Part shown: piece by piece, positions 1 through 7,763 of the stretch | Numbering within the stretch: the stretch's first letter is position 1 | Layout of the letters: each line of letters opens with the position of its first letter | Virus record (IMG/VR): IMGVR_UViG_3300009104_001126 | Location: 1-55,930 of that record | DNA length: 55,930 nt | Direction: 5' to 3' (one strand) | From: a virus | Taxonomy: Duplodnaviria > Caudoviricetes | The notes under the pieces: model-generated | The model's input: only the letters and a program-made list of their open reading frames with translations | Told to the model about the DNA's origin: nothing | Databases searched by the model: none | Made by a program: the position numbers and the translations under genes

Positions 1-165
1 GCCGCGAAGAAAAAAGCTGAAGAGGCAAAACGCGCTGCAGAAGCAAAAGCAAAGGCCGCAGCAGATGCCGCAAAAGCAAAAGCTGAAGCAGCAAAGAAGG
101 CTGCAAAGAAAACTGCCAAGAAAGTAACCAGTGTTTTTAAAAAGAAAAAAAAGAAGAAAAGATAA
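1..165 (+). CDS. Partial CDS, 3' end of an Ala/Lys-rich protein (histone H1/TolA-like low complexity)
   Basis: Frame 1 reads AAKKKAEEAKRAAEAKAKAAADAAKAKAEAAKKAAKKTAKKVTSVFKKKKKKKR, TAA at 163-165; absent from the ORF track because its start is outside the window. Confidence 0.75.
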   Translation, partial: AAKKKAEEAKRAAEAKAKAAADAAKAKAEAAKKAAKKTAKKVTSVFKKKKKKKR

Positions 166-177
166 TGAAGGATATTA

Positions 178-804
178 ATGAGTTTGAGTGGCTATGAATA
201 TCAGTGGCGAGATGATGGACAAGGAAATAGAGTACATGAAACAGCAATAGTAAATTGGAATAGAGTAAGAATAGGTTCTGGAAATGAGATCGGTCCTGGT
301 GCATGTATCGGTACAGATGCACAACATCGGAATGAAGAATCTGTCGGAATGATTTATATTGGTGATAATAATGTTATTAGAGAATTTACAACAATACATT
401 TACCTACTAGATGGTCTGGAAAAACTATTATAGGGAATAATAATTATTTAATGGTTCTTTCACATATCGCGCATGACTGTGTTCTAGAAGATGATATTAC
501 ATTTTCAAATAACGTGACATTAGGTGGACATGTTTATATAATGAAAGGGAGCCAATTCGGATTCGGTACTATTATACATCAACATCAAGTTATTGGTTCT
601 CATTGTATGTTCGGGATGGGAACAATTATAACAAGTAAATCATTAGTAGGCCCAGGTGGATTATGGTATGGTAATCCAGGTAGATCTGATAGAAAGAATG
701 TAATTGGGTTAGAGAGAAATGAGATCGATGATAAGGAATTAAAATTAGAGCTTGTCAGACAGGAATTTATCAGGCAAGAAAGATCTAAATATAAGTATGA
801 ATGA
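178..804 (+). CDS. lpxA: LpxA-like hexapeptide-repeat acyltransferase (UDP-GlcNAc O-acyltransferase family)
   Basis: IGDNNVIREFTTIH, SHIAHDC, LGGHV, IHQ and NVIGLERN match LpxA motifs; left-handed beta-helix repeats. Confidence 0.75.
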   Translation: MSLSGYEYQWRDDGQGNRVHETAIVNWNRVRIGSGNEIGPGACIGTDAQHRNEESVGMIYIGDNNVIREFTTIHLPTRWSGKTIIGNNNYLMVLSHIAHDCVLEDDITFSNNVTLGGHVYIMKGSQFGFGTIIHQHQVIGSHCMFGMGTIITSKSLVGPGGLWYGNPGRSDRKNVIGLERNEIDDKELKLELVRQEFIRQERSKYKYE

Positions 805-1033
805 AGCATTCCTCACTATTGTCGACGATAAATTATGTGTGGATAGGACTGTGTTTGAATTAGATGACCTTCGAGGTGTGAGACAATACTTTCAAGAGAA
901 CGGTTATACGTCTTCTCAATTTTATCCTGAAGGTGAAAACGATATAGATAAGTTACATAAAATAATTGAAAAGATGGGTGAACTTTCCCCTGAATGTCGC
1001 GAAGGCGATATGGATAGCTATTATTTGAATTAG
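797..1033 (+). CDS. Hypothetical protein
   Basis: Track ORF 752..1033; ATG at 797 overlapping the upstream stop region is the more plausible start. Confidence 0.6.
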   Translation: MNEAFLTIVDDKLCVDRTVFELDDLRGVRQYFQENGYTSSQFYPEGENDIDKLHKIIEKMGELSPECREGDMDSYYLN

Positions 1034-1042
1034 GAGAATTAA

Positions 1043-1780
1043 ATGGAAATTTTTGTCAACGGGCCAGGTGTATCTATAGTAGCCCAAGAAATAGATCAAG
1101 CGACCTATTCATATTGGAAAAATCGTGGACTAAAAGATCTATGGGATTATTCTTGGAATATACCAGATTTACGAGAAGACACTGTATTTGATGAAGATCA
1201 TCCCAGTCGCGTTAGTATGGCAGTTAACCGCGAAGCAGATTTCTTAGGAGATAAATCTTGGCAAGAACCTACGTTTGGAAAGTGGACTATAGCTGCTGCA
1301 GATTATGAAACAGCAACTGTATATGTAGAAGATAATGGAGTAATCGAAAAGTATCGACCACATGATATACCTCACGTAAAACATATTCTAAAACCGTTTG
1401 ATGTGGAAGATGAAAATAATCGAACTATCGATTATTTTTATACAGGATTTTCAACTGAAATAGGTAATTGGCAACATAAGCAATATAGTACTTCAGTTCC
1501 TCTTGGAAAATTTAGATTACAAATAATGGAGGTATCTCGTAGAAGATGGATTATAGGTTTGGAGACATCTCAAGAAGTTGATTATGATATGTACGAAGAA
1601 ACACATTTAGATTGGAGTTATAGACTTCACGTTAGAAATCGTATATTCTTAGAAGATTGGATGAAAGCAACAGGCTTGGAATTAGAGTATGATATGTTTA
1701 CGGGTAATCATGAAAGAGATTGTTCTAATTTTTTAATTCACGAACCTGATAGTAGAGAATACCCAAAAGACCCTGCTTAA
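1043..1780 (+). CDS. Hypothetical protein
   Basis: 245 aa ORF with AGGAG RBS. Confidence 0.75.
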   Translation: MEIFVNGPGVSIVAQEIDQATYSYWKNRGLKDLWDYSWNIPDLREDTVFDEDHPSRVSMAVNREADFLGDKSWQEPTFGKWTIAAADYETATVYVEDNGVIEKYRPHDIPHVKHILKPFDVEDENNRTIDYFYTGFSTEIGNWQHKQYSTSVPLGKFRLQIMEVSRRRWIIGLETSQEVDYDMYEETHLDWSYRLHVRNRIFLEDWMKATGLELEYDMFTGNHERDCSNFLIHEPDSREYPKDPA

Positions 1781-1789
1781 AATTATATT

Positions 1790-2467
1790 ATGATAAGTAT
1801 TTTTGGGGATAGTTATGTTGATCCCTGTAGTGGTGATTTAGATCAAAGTAAAAGATGGTATAATAATCTTGGCGAACCAACTTTCGTTTACGGATTAGCA
1901 GGATCAAGTATAGATTGGTCCTTAGATATTTTTATTAGTGGTCATGTGGAAAGATCCGGCAAAATAATTTTTATAGAATCCATACCGCGTCGATTTCATT
2001 TTGAATTTTTAAGAACACCTAAACATGACGCTGCTGTAATGTGGGAGAATGATTGGGAAAATGATAAGTGGCTTTCAGAACCTGGAATGGAATATGTTCA
2101 TCGTCATAAAAGGTTCGTTGAGTATTTTCATAAAAATTATAAAGACTATCATAAAGCAACAAAAGCAAGATGCGTATTAAAAGCGTTATCCGATCAATAT
2201 GAAAAAGTATTATATTTTTCAACCTCTCGAAATGATAATCTTTATAGATCTCCTCACATACAATCAAATAATAATTTTGAAATAGCTGATGTAATGTTAA
2301 TGGATATTTCCAGAGGTGAAATTAAAAGCGACTATGATCCAGAGTTTAGAGATTCAAGATCGAATCATTTTAGTGAAACAAATCATATAATTTTTTCTTC
2401 ATATATAAAGAGAAAGTTTAATAATGAAAGTACTGAAGATATAATATTTGAAAAAAATTTGATATGA
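1790..2467 (+). CDS. SGNH/GDSL-like hypothetical protein
   Basis: N-terminal IFGDS motif and C-terminal NHFSETNH. Confidence 0.55.
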   Translation: MISIFGDSYVDPCSGDLDQSKRWYNNLGEPTFVYGLAGSSIDWSLDIFISGHVERSGKIIFIESIPRRFHFEFLRTPKHDAAVMWENDWENDKWLSEPGMEYVHRHKRFVEYFHKNYKDYHKATKARCVLKALSDQYEKVLYFSTSRNDNLYRSPHIQSNNNFEIADVMLMDISRGEIKSDYDPEFRDSRSNHFSETNHIIFSSYIKRKFNNESTEDIIFEKNLI

Positions 2468-3921
2468 TTTATTGGGGGATAACTTGCGGTTCGCATGATG
2501 GTGCTGTATCGGTATTTAATAATAGTGATTTATTATTTGCAACCGATGCAGAAAGATTTTCTAGAAAAAAGAACGATCCAGAAATTCCCGAAAATCTTTT
2601 TAGTTATATTTTTGAAGAATATGGAAAACCATCTAAAATTTATTTTTATGAAAATCCATATGTGAAGATGTCTCGACGTTGGTACGCGGGACAAAAGCCA
2701 GCCTGGAAACCACCTAAGCTTCCCCATTTTTATTCTGGAAGAGATTTTAAAGTTCATGATTATAAATTGCATTATACATCTCATCATTTATCACATGCGG
2801 CTTATGGATATTATACTTCACCGTTTGATAATGCTATGGTTTTGGTTATCGATGCAATTGGGGAATGGGAAACCTTAACTGTATGGAAAGCTAAAGGTAA
2901 AAAGTTAAAGAAGTTATGGAATTGGAAATATCCTAAATCTTTAGGTTTAATGTATTCCGCATTAACACAATATGCTGGATGGAAACCTAATGAAGAAGAA
3001 TATATTATGATGGGTGCGGCAGCTCGCCAGACACATCCATATGAACCAGTTTATAATAGAATATTGAATATTTGGGAAGAAGGAACATCCTGGCATAAAG
3101 GTTTAAATAAAGTATTAGCCTGGAAAGAAAGACCAGAAGTTCATCCTGAAGATGTCCCTACTGCAGCTCAAGCAGCATATGAAAAACTTTTTAAAGAGAT
3201 AGTAATAAATGTTAGTAAACATAAAGCTAATGAATCCGGTAACATTGTTTTTGTTGGAGGCTGTGCGTTAAATGTTAGTGCCAATAGATTTCTCAGCGAT
3301 AGTTTTACTCGCGTCCATATTCCTCCTAATCCAGGCGACTCTGGTTCTGCTGTGGGATGCATTCTTGCAAGGACAAGAAGGCATATTGATCCTACTCCTT
3401 ATCTTGGTTATGACATACAAGGACCATTTCCGTTCCAAGAAGTAATAGATGAATTAATGATTAAAAGAATAGCAGGGGTTGCTAATGGTAGATGTGAATT
3501 TGGACCGAGAGCATTAGGCAATAGAACTTTGTTTGGAGATCCTAGAGATCCCAAAATAAAAGATAAAATTAATCAAGTAAAGGGTAGAGAACCGTTTAGG
3601 CCATTTGCCCCAATGATATTAGAAGAAGATGTTTCAAAATATTTTAATGGCGGGTTCTTTTCACCATATATGAGTTGCGCGCTTCAAGCAACACAAGAAT
3701 TTAGAAATAATTATCCAGGTGTTGTTCATTTAGATGGAACTTCCAGATTACAAGTTGTTAAAGAAGATCCGCATAGAACATTATTACAAATTTGGAAAGA
3801 TATTACAAAATGTCCAGTGTTATTAAATACATCTTTAAATGTTAAAGGAGAACCGATTGTCAACACCAGAAAAGATGCCGAAGCTTTCACTGCGAAAACG
3901 GGTGTCAACGTATATTCTTAA
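2464..3921 (+). CDS. Carbamoyltransferase (NodU/CmcH family)
   Basis: SHDGA, ERFSRKKND, HHLSHAA, DAIGE, GGCALN, GDSG, EFGPRALGNR, FRPFAP, LLNTSLN motifs. Confidence 0.95.
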   Translation: MIYWGITCGSHDGAVSVFNNSDLLFATDAERFSRKKNDPEIPENLFSYIFEEYGKPSKIYFYENPYVKMSRRWYAGQKPAWKPPKLPHFYSGRDFKVHDYKLHYTSHHLSHAAYGYYTSPFDNAMVLVIDAIGEWETLTVWKAKGKKLKKLWNWKYPKSLGLMYSALTQYAGWKPNEEEYIMMGAAARQTHPYEPVYNRILNIWEEGTSWHKGLNKVLAWKERPEVHPEDVPTAAQAAYEKLFKEIVINVSKHKANESGNIVFVGGCALNVSANRFLSDSFTRVHIPPNPGDSGSAVGCILARTRRHIDPTPYLGYDIQGPFPFQEVIDELMIKRIAGVANGRCEFGPRALGNRTLFGDPRDPKIKDKINQVKGREPFRPFAPMILEEDVSKYFNGGFFSPYMSCALQATQEFRNNYPGVVHLDGTSRLQVVKEDPHRTLLQIWKDITKCPVLLNTSLNVKGEPIVNTRKDAEAFTAKTGVNVYS

Positions 3922-3994
3922 ATATTATTTAAGGATTAAAGAAAAGATTTTTGGAAAAGATAAACAAGATTTAGACCCATTTATATATGAGTGA
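3902..3994 (+). CDS. Small ORF (30 aa) ending DPFIYE, coupled to the carbamoyltransferase
   Basis: GTG-TCA-ACG...GAC-CCA-TTT-ATA-TAT-GAG-TGA; fills the gap between neighbours and overlaps both; below the track cutoff. Confidence 0.5.
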   Translation: MSTYILKYYLRIKEKIFGKDKQDLDPFIYE

Positions 3995-4505
3995 ACTACC
4001 TCTCTCAATGATACATGATTCAATACCACACGTATTGATAGCACCTAAAAATAAATTACTTGATTTTCCCAGCCATGTAAATATTTTTGATGATCAAGGT
4101 TTCGGTTTTGATTATCAAGAACATTTAATTCGAAAGGTTTATAATGAAATGGGTTCCAACATATATCTTTATTTGATATATGAGGATTTTAAAAAGAGTG
4201 CTGGTTTTGCCGAGACAAAAATATATCCAAGAGATTCGGCAGAAGGATTAAAGACAAAGACGATTATATCCACAGATAAAATGAGTAAACATCAAAGAAA
4301 GAAGAAAGGTTTAAAACCTGGATCTGGAGGATCTGTTTATAGAAATTGTCATTGGGATCCTTTCTTAGAATTTTATTGTAAGAATAAATTTTGGAAAATA
4401 GAATATGAAAAATTTATTAAAACTTTAGAACATTATAAAAAAGCTTTTTATAGTTTTACTTATTATCATATACAAGATCAAGAACTGGTTAGAAACTTAT
4501 TATAA
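3987..4505 (+). CDS. Hypothetical protein
   Basis: 172 aa ORF, TAATG-coupled to the next gene. Confidence 0.65.
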   Translation: MSELPLSMIHDSIPHVLIAPKNKLLDFPSHVNIFDDQGFGFDYQEHLIRKVYNEMGSNIYLYLIYEDFKKSAGFAETKIYPRDSAEGLKTKTIISTDKMSKHQRKKKGLKPGSGGSVYRNCHWDPFLEFYCKNKFWKIEYEKFIKTLEHYKKAFYSFTYYHIQDQELVRNLL

Positions 4506-4951
4506 TGTATTCTATTCAAAATTTTTTAGATAAAGAGCACATCAATATTTTAAAAAGTTTTTGGAAAAGAAATACTGAAGATATTAAACGGAAAGATAGT
4601 CATTATAATTTACATAATATACAAATTTTGTATGGTAGAAAGTCAGATGAAGAATATAATAAAGTACTTAAAGTTTTTGATGACATTGCTGGCCGCGAAG
4701 CAGATAAACATTATTTTTTAAATTATGTTGAAGAATCATTTGCAAGAATTCATAATGATGCAACGGGTAATCAAACATTTGTTACATTAATTGAACAAAG
4801 TAATGTTTTACTAGGTGGTCAAACGTTAACGGGTGATCAACAATATATCGATTTGAAAGTTGGTCAGACGTTAGTATATGATCATGATTTCAAACATGGT
4901 GTCGCCAGAGTATCCCGAGGCAATCGAAAAGTTTTTATAGTTTGGTATTAA
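4505..4951 (+). CDS. 2OG-Fe(II) oxygenase
   Basis: HxD (IHND), HGV and RKVFIVW: facial triad plus 2OG-binding Arg. Confidence 0.8.
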   Translation: MYSIQNFLDKEHINILKSFWKRNTEDIKRKDSHYNLHNIQILYGRKSDEEYNKVLKVFDDIAGREADKHYFLNYVEESFARIHNDATGNQTFVTLIEQSNVLLGGQTLTGDQQYIDLKVGQTLVYDHDFKHGVARVSRGNRKVFIVWY

Positions 4952-5887
4952 ATGAAAATTGGAATAATAGGATGTAGTCATAGTGCAGGTGTTTCTGAAA
5001 GTGGACTATTAAAGAAGTCTGGTGGATTTAATGCTTGGAGGGGCTGGCCAAGAGAATTGGCGAAAGCCTATCCAGATCACGAAGTTCATTTATTTGCTTC
5101 TCCTGGTGGAGGACAGAATAATATGGAATCTGCTTTGAGGACATGTCTCATTGAAGATATTGATATGGTGCTTCTTCAATTTACAACACAGCGACAATTA
5201 TATCCAACCCAAATAGATCGATTTTCGAAAAAGAGCGATGGGTCTTTAGATTCATGGTATACCACACAACGAAAAAATAATTTTGTTTTACGGCAACAAA
5301 AAATGAGATCTCTTTCGATAAAGAATTATGTAGTAGAACGTAAATGCGTTATGGTGGGTAACCATTTTGACGCAAGGAATCGAATACAAGAATTAAAAGA
5401 TGTTGGTGTTAATGGATATGAATTACCACAAGTCTTATTAGAGATATTCATCGATAATGAATACTTTAATGAAATGGCTGAAACATTCTATGGCTGTAAT
5501 AAGTTATATAAAAAATTATTTAAACATTTTTATTCTATGTTATGGGTTCCAACACATAGTTATGGACCGAGCCACGGAGATCAATCTGTTGTAGAGATAA
5601 AAGATAAAGTGCCTCTTTTTATGTCTGAATTTCTAACAGGAAAGAATCTTGATAACAAAGTTGATTGGCCTAAAACAATATATGATTGGTTAGTTGAACA
5701 TTGGACCGAAACTCGTGGCTTGAGTTCAGAGGACGCGAAAAGGATGGTCTTTCATGAATATAAAAAATACAAAGGTCATTTAGGAGAAGAATCACAACAA
5801 GAAGTATTATTCAATTATATTTTAAAACATAGACGATTAAGGGAGGCTTTAGATTATGATAAAAAAGAAGGACCGGAAATTATATGA
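4952..5887 (+). CDS. SGNH-like hypothetical protein
   Basis: N-terminal IIGCSHS, GGGQN, C-terminal GHLGEESQ. Confidence 0.55.
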   Translation: MKIGIIGCSHSAGVSESGLLKKSGGFNAWRGWPRELAKAYPDHEVHLFASPGGGQNNMESALRTCLIEDIDMVLLQFTTQRQLYPTQIDRFSKKSDGSLDSWYTTQRKNNFVLRQQKMRSLSIKNYVVERKCVMVGNHFDARNRIQELKDVGVNGYELPQVLLEIFIDNEYFNEMAETFYGCNKLYKKLFKHFYSMLWVPTHSYGPSHGDQSVVEIKDKVPLFMSEFLTGKNLDNKVDWPKTIYDWLVEHWTETRGLSSEDAKRMVFHEYKKYKGHLGEESQQEVLFNYILKHRRLREALDYDKKEGPEII

Positions 5888-5912
5888 TACTTGGAAATAT
5901 AAAAAAGGAGGT

Positions 5913-6353
5913 ATGATGGAATTTAATAACCCAGTGTTTCAGACAATATTAGGATTAGTGATATTTTATATTGGTCTTAAAATGTTTTCTGGTGGAATGA
6001 AGTCAATGGGAAAATTAGAACATTTAGAATATTTTATACATAATCCCTATTGGATGTTTTTTGGAGCAATTGGTTGTACTCTTCTTTGGCAATCAAGTTC
6101 TCTCTCAACAACCGCGATAATCGGATTAGTTGCTTCAGGTGCTTTACCACTACCTTCTGCAATCGCAGCAGTGCTCGGTGCAAATATAGGAACAACAGGA
6201 ACTATATGGTTAGCTGGTATAATGGTTTCTGATGGTATGCCACAGGGAATAACGAAACAAATAGCACTAGTGCATACAGGAGTAAATGCAGCAATGGCAA
6301 TTGCTTTACTTCCATTTTGTCAAGTCATAGCAAGGTTTGTGTCAAAATTTTAA
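5913..6353 (+). CDS. Na+/Pi cotransporter-like membrane protein, single repeat (NptA/YjbB/SLC34 family)
   Basis: WQSSSLST and GANIGTT signatures, hydrophobic helices; GGAGG RBS before ATG 5913 (track start 5856). Confidence 0.85.
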   Translation: MMEFNNPVFQTILGLVIFYIGLKMFSGGMKSMGKLEHLEYFIHNPYWMFFGAIGCTLLWQSSSLSTTAIIGLVASGALPLPSAIAAVLGANIGTTGTIWLAGIMVSDGMPQGITKQIALVHTGVNAAMAIALLPFCQVIARFVSKF

Positions 6354-6377
6354 ATTTATAAATATAAGTTTACAAAA

Positions 6378-6487
6378 TGGCTCTGGGGGTTGGATTCGAA
6401 CCAACACATCTTTGATCTAGATTTGATCGATCAATCAAAGATAATACGCAAACAACGTACCGCGTCTTCCTGTTTCGCCACCCCAGA
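6378..6487 (-). tRNA. Non-canonical tRNA-Asn(GUU) with 38-nt variable arm, CCA encoded
   Basis: Reverse complement folds as TCTGGGG/CCCCAGA acceptor, GCG/CGC D-stem, GTACG-TTGTTTG-CGTAT anticodon arm (GTT at 6453-6451), long variable stem, GTTGG-TTCGAAT-CCAAC T-arm, G73-CCA. Confidence 0.85.
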
Positions 6488-6505
6488 GTAAATCCATCCC
6501 TCTGT

Positions 6506-7354
6506 TTAATTGTTCAATGCACTGATGAGTCTGGTTAGTCCTATTCCACCACCGTATCTTGGAAAAAAATCTAAATTTAAAAATTCTTCCAATTCTTTTT
6601 CTACTCTCTCTTCGCCAAATAATTTAAATAATAATTTAGCATATCCTCCGTCAGAAATAGTGTAGAATAGTTCTCTCATTTCCTCTACATCGGCAGATCT
6701 TTCTGCAGATCCAATTGTTTCCATTCCTCCTATAATAACATCACATTTGTTAGCTACATTGCCTTCTTTTTTCATATTCCAAAAGGGGGATGTGGAATAA
6801 GGAAATCGAGTTATAAATCCTACTCCGGTGGGATGTGAATCAGATATCATCTGTTCGTGCTCGTGGTCTAATTCTTCGCAATTAAATTCTGAACACCACT
6901 GGCGATAATCCTTTTCAGGAAACGGTCCAGCAATGCCCCCGACTTCTCCTATCAAACCCAAATGCTTAATCAGATCTCTTTCCATTTGTAACAAGTCTCG
7001 AAAATTACCTGGTGCTTCAAATTCAAACATAGGAAAGATGACTTCGTGTCTTCCTTCAACTATATTTGGTTCTTGTCTATAAGATGTTGAAACACAGAAA
7101 CAACCCGGTAGATCTGGATTGTTGAGTAATTCATATTCGAGCCACATCTGACCAGTTTGAGGAAGTGGCCATATGATATCATTATATGTGTACGTTGCGA
7201 CGGTTGTGGGATCTTCGCAAGCAGCTAATATGGATAATCTGTTTTGGGTATGAACTTCGAGAAAACCTCGGGAATGAAAAAAATCACGGAGACTAACGAC
7301 GACATTGTCAAAATCAGTCGGTGTGATTAGACTAGTCAGGTTGCTCCTTTCCAT
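6506..7354 (-). CDS. Class IIb aminoacyl-tRNA synthetase-like protein, catalytic domain only (AsnRS/AspRS/archaeal asparagine-synthetase-like)
   Basis: Motif 1 LRDFFHSRGFLEVHT, LPQTGQMWLE, motif 2 YRQE...RH..FPMFEFE, ETIGSAER, motif 3 GGGIGLTRL; 282 aa with no N-terminal OB-fold. Confidence 0.85.
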   Translation of the reverse strand: MERSNLTSLITPTDFDNVVVSLRDFFHSRGFLEVHTQNRLSILAACEDPTTVATYTYNDIIWPLPQTGQMWLEYELLNNPDLPGCFCVSTSYRQEPNIVEGRHEVIFPMFEFEAPGNFRDLLQMERDLIKHLGLIGEVGGIAGPFPEKDYRQWCSEFNCEELDHEHEQMISDSHPTGVGFITRFPYSTSPFWNMKKEGNVANKCDVIIGGMETIGSAERSADVEEMRELFYTISDGGYAKLLFKLFGEERVEKELEEFLNLDFFPRYGGGIGLTRLISALNN

Positions 7355-7386
7355 GAAAAAGTGTTAAGTATTTTCCACAATTGGTT

Positions 7387-7394
7387 TATTTATA
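7387..7394 (-). promoter_or_regulatory. T4-type late promoter for the aaRS-like/tRNA unit
   Basis: TATTTATA on + equals TATAAATA on -, about 32 nt upstream of the ORF start. Confidence 0.7.
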
Positions 7395-7436
7395 AAAAAA
7401 GATCCCTAATGATTTGAGCGCTCTACCTGTATCTCA

Positions 7437-7505
7437 TTGAAATCATTGATAATCTTTTTTCAGCAATGATTTCAACACGATATATGTAACTCCTTGAAAT
7501 CATTG
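7437..7505. repeat. TTGAAATCATTG boxes (direct and inverted)
   Basis: TTGAAATCATTG at 7437-7448 and 7494-7505; exact inverse CAATGATTTCAA at 7464-7475. Confidence 0.85.
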
Positions 7506-7518
7506 ATAAACAAAAGTG

Positions 7519-7547
7519 TTGACATTTTGGGCTAGTTGTTATATAAT
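7519..7547 (+). promoter_or_regulatory. Sigma70-like early promoter
   Basis: TTGACA (7519-7524), 17 nt, TATAAT (7542-7547). Confidence 0.9.
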
Positions 7548-7595
7548 ATATATAAAGAATGAGAGAATTTTCGCCAACCTTCAACGAGAGAGATT

Positions 7596-7763
7596 ATGTG
7601 TAAATTGTATGTATATTATGAAAGTTGCTTCGAGGACAAGAAGCTGTGTTGCACAGAGATCATCGTTCCATATGATGAACAGATCCAGGATGCCATCAAA
7701 CATTATAAGACAGGTGGTAGAATTGTGATCACAGAACCCGTAACCGAATTATTGAGTGTATAA
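7596..7763 (+). CDS. Small early hypothetical protein (55 aa)
   Basis: MCKLYVYYESCFEDKKLCCTEIIVPYDEQIQDAIKHYKTGGRIVITEPVTELLSV; TAATG overlap with the next gene; below the track cutoff. Confidence 0.7.
   Translation: MCKLYVYYESCFEDKKLCCTEIIVPYDEQIQDAIKHYKTGGRIVITEPVTELLSV

Noticed and set aside
6406-6443. tRNA variable-arm insert as an intron
   Set aside because: Far too short for a self-splicing intron, not at the usual anticodon-loop site, and no clear bulge-helix-bulge; not excluded without RNA data
7437-7505. Repeats as a mini CRISPR array
   Set aside because: Only 12-bp units in mixed orientation with irregular spacing, and no cas operon
7516-7728. Track ORF of 70 aa
   Set aside because: It starts inside the promoter -35 region; the alternative frame 7596..7763 has an RBS-like leader and TAATG coupling
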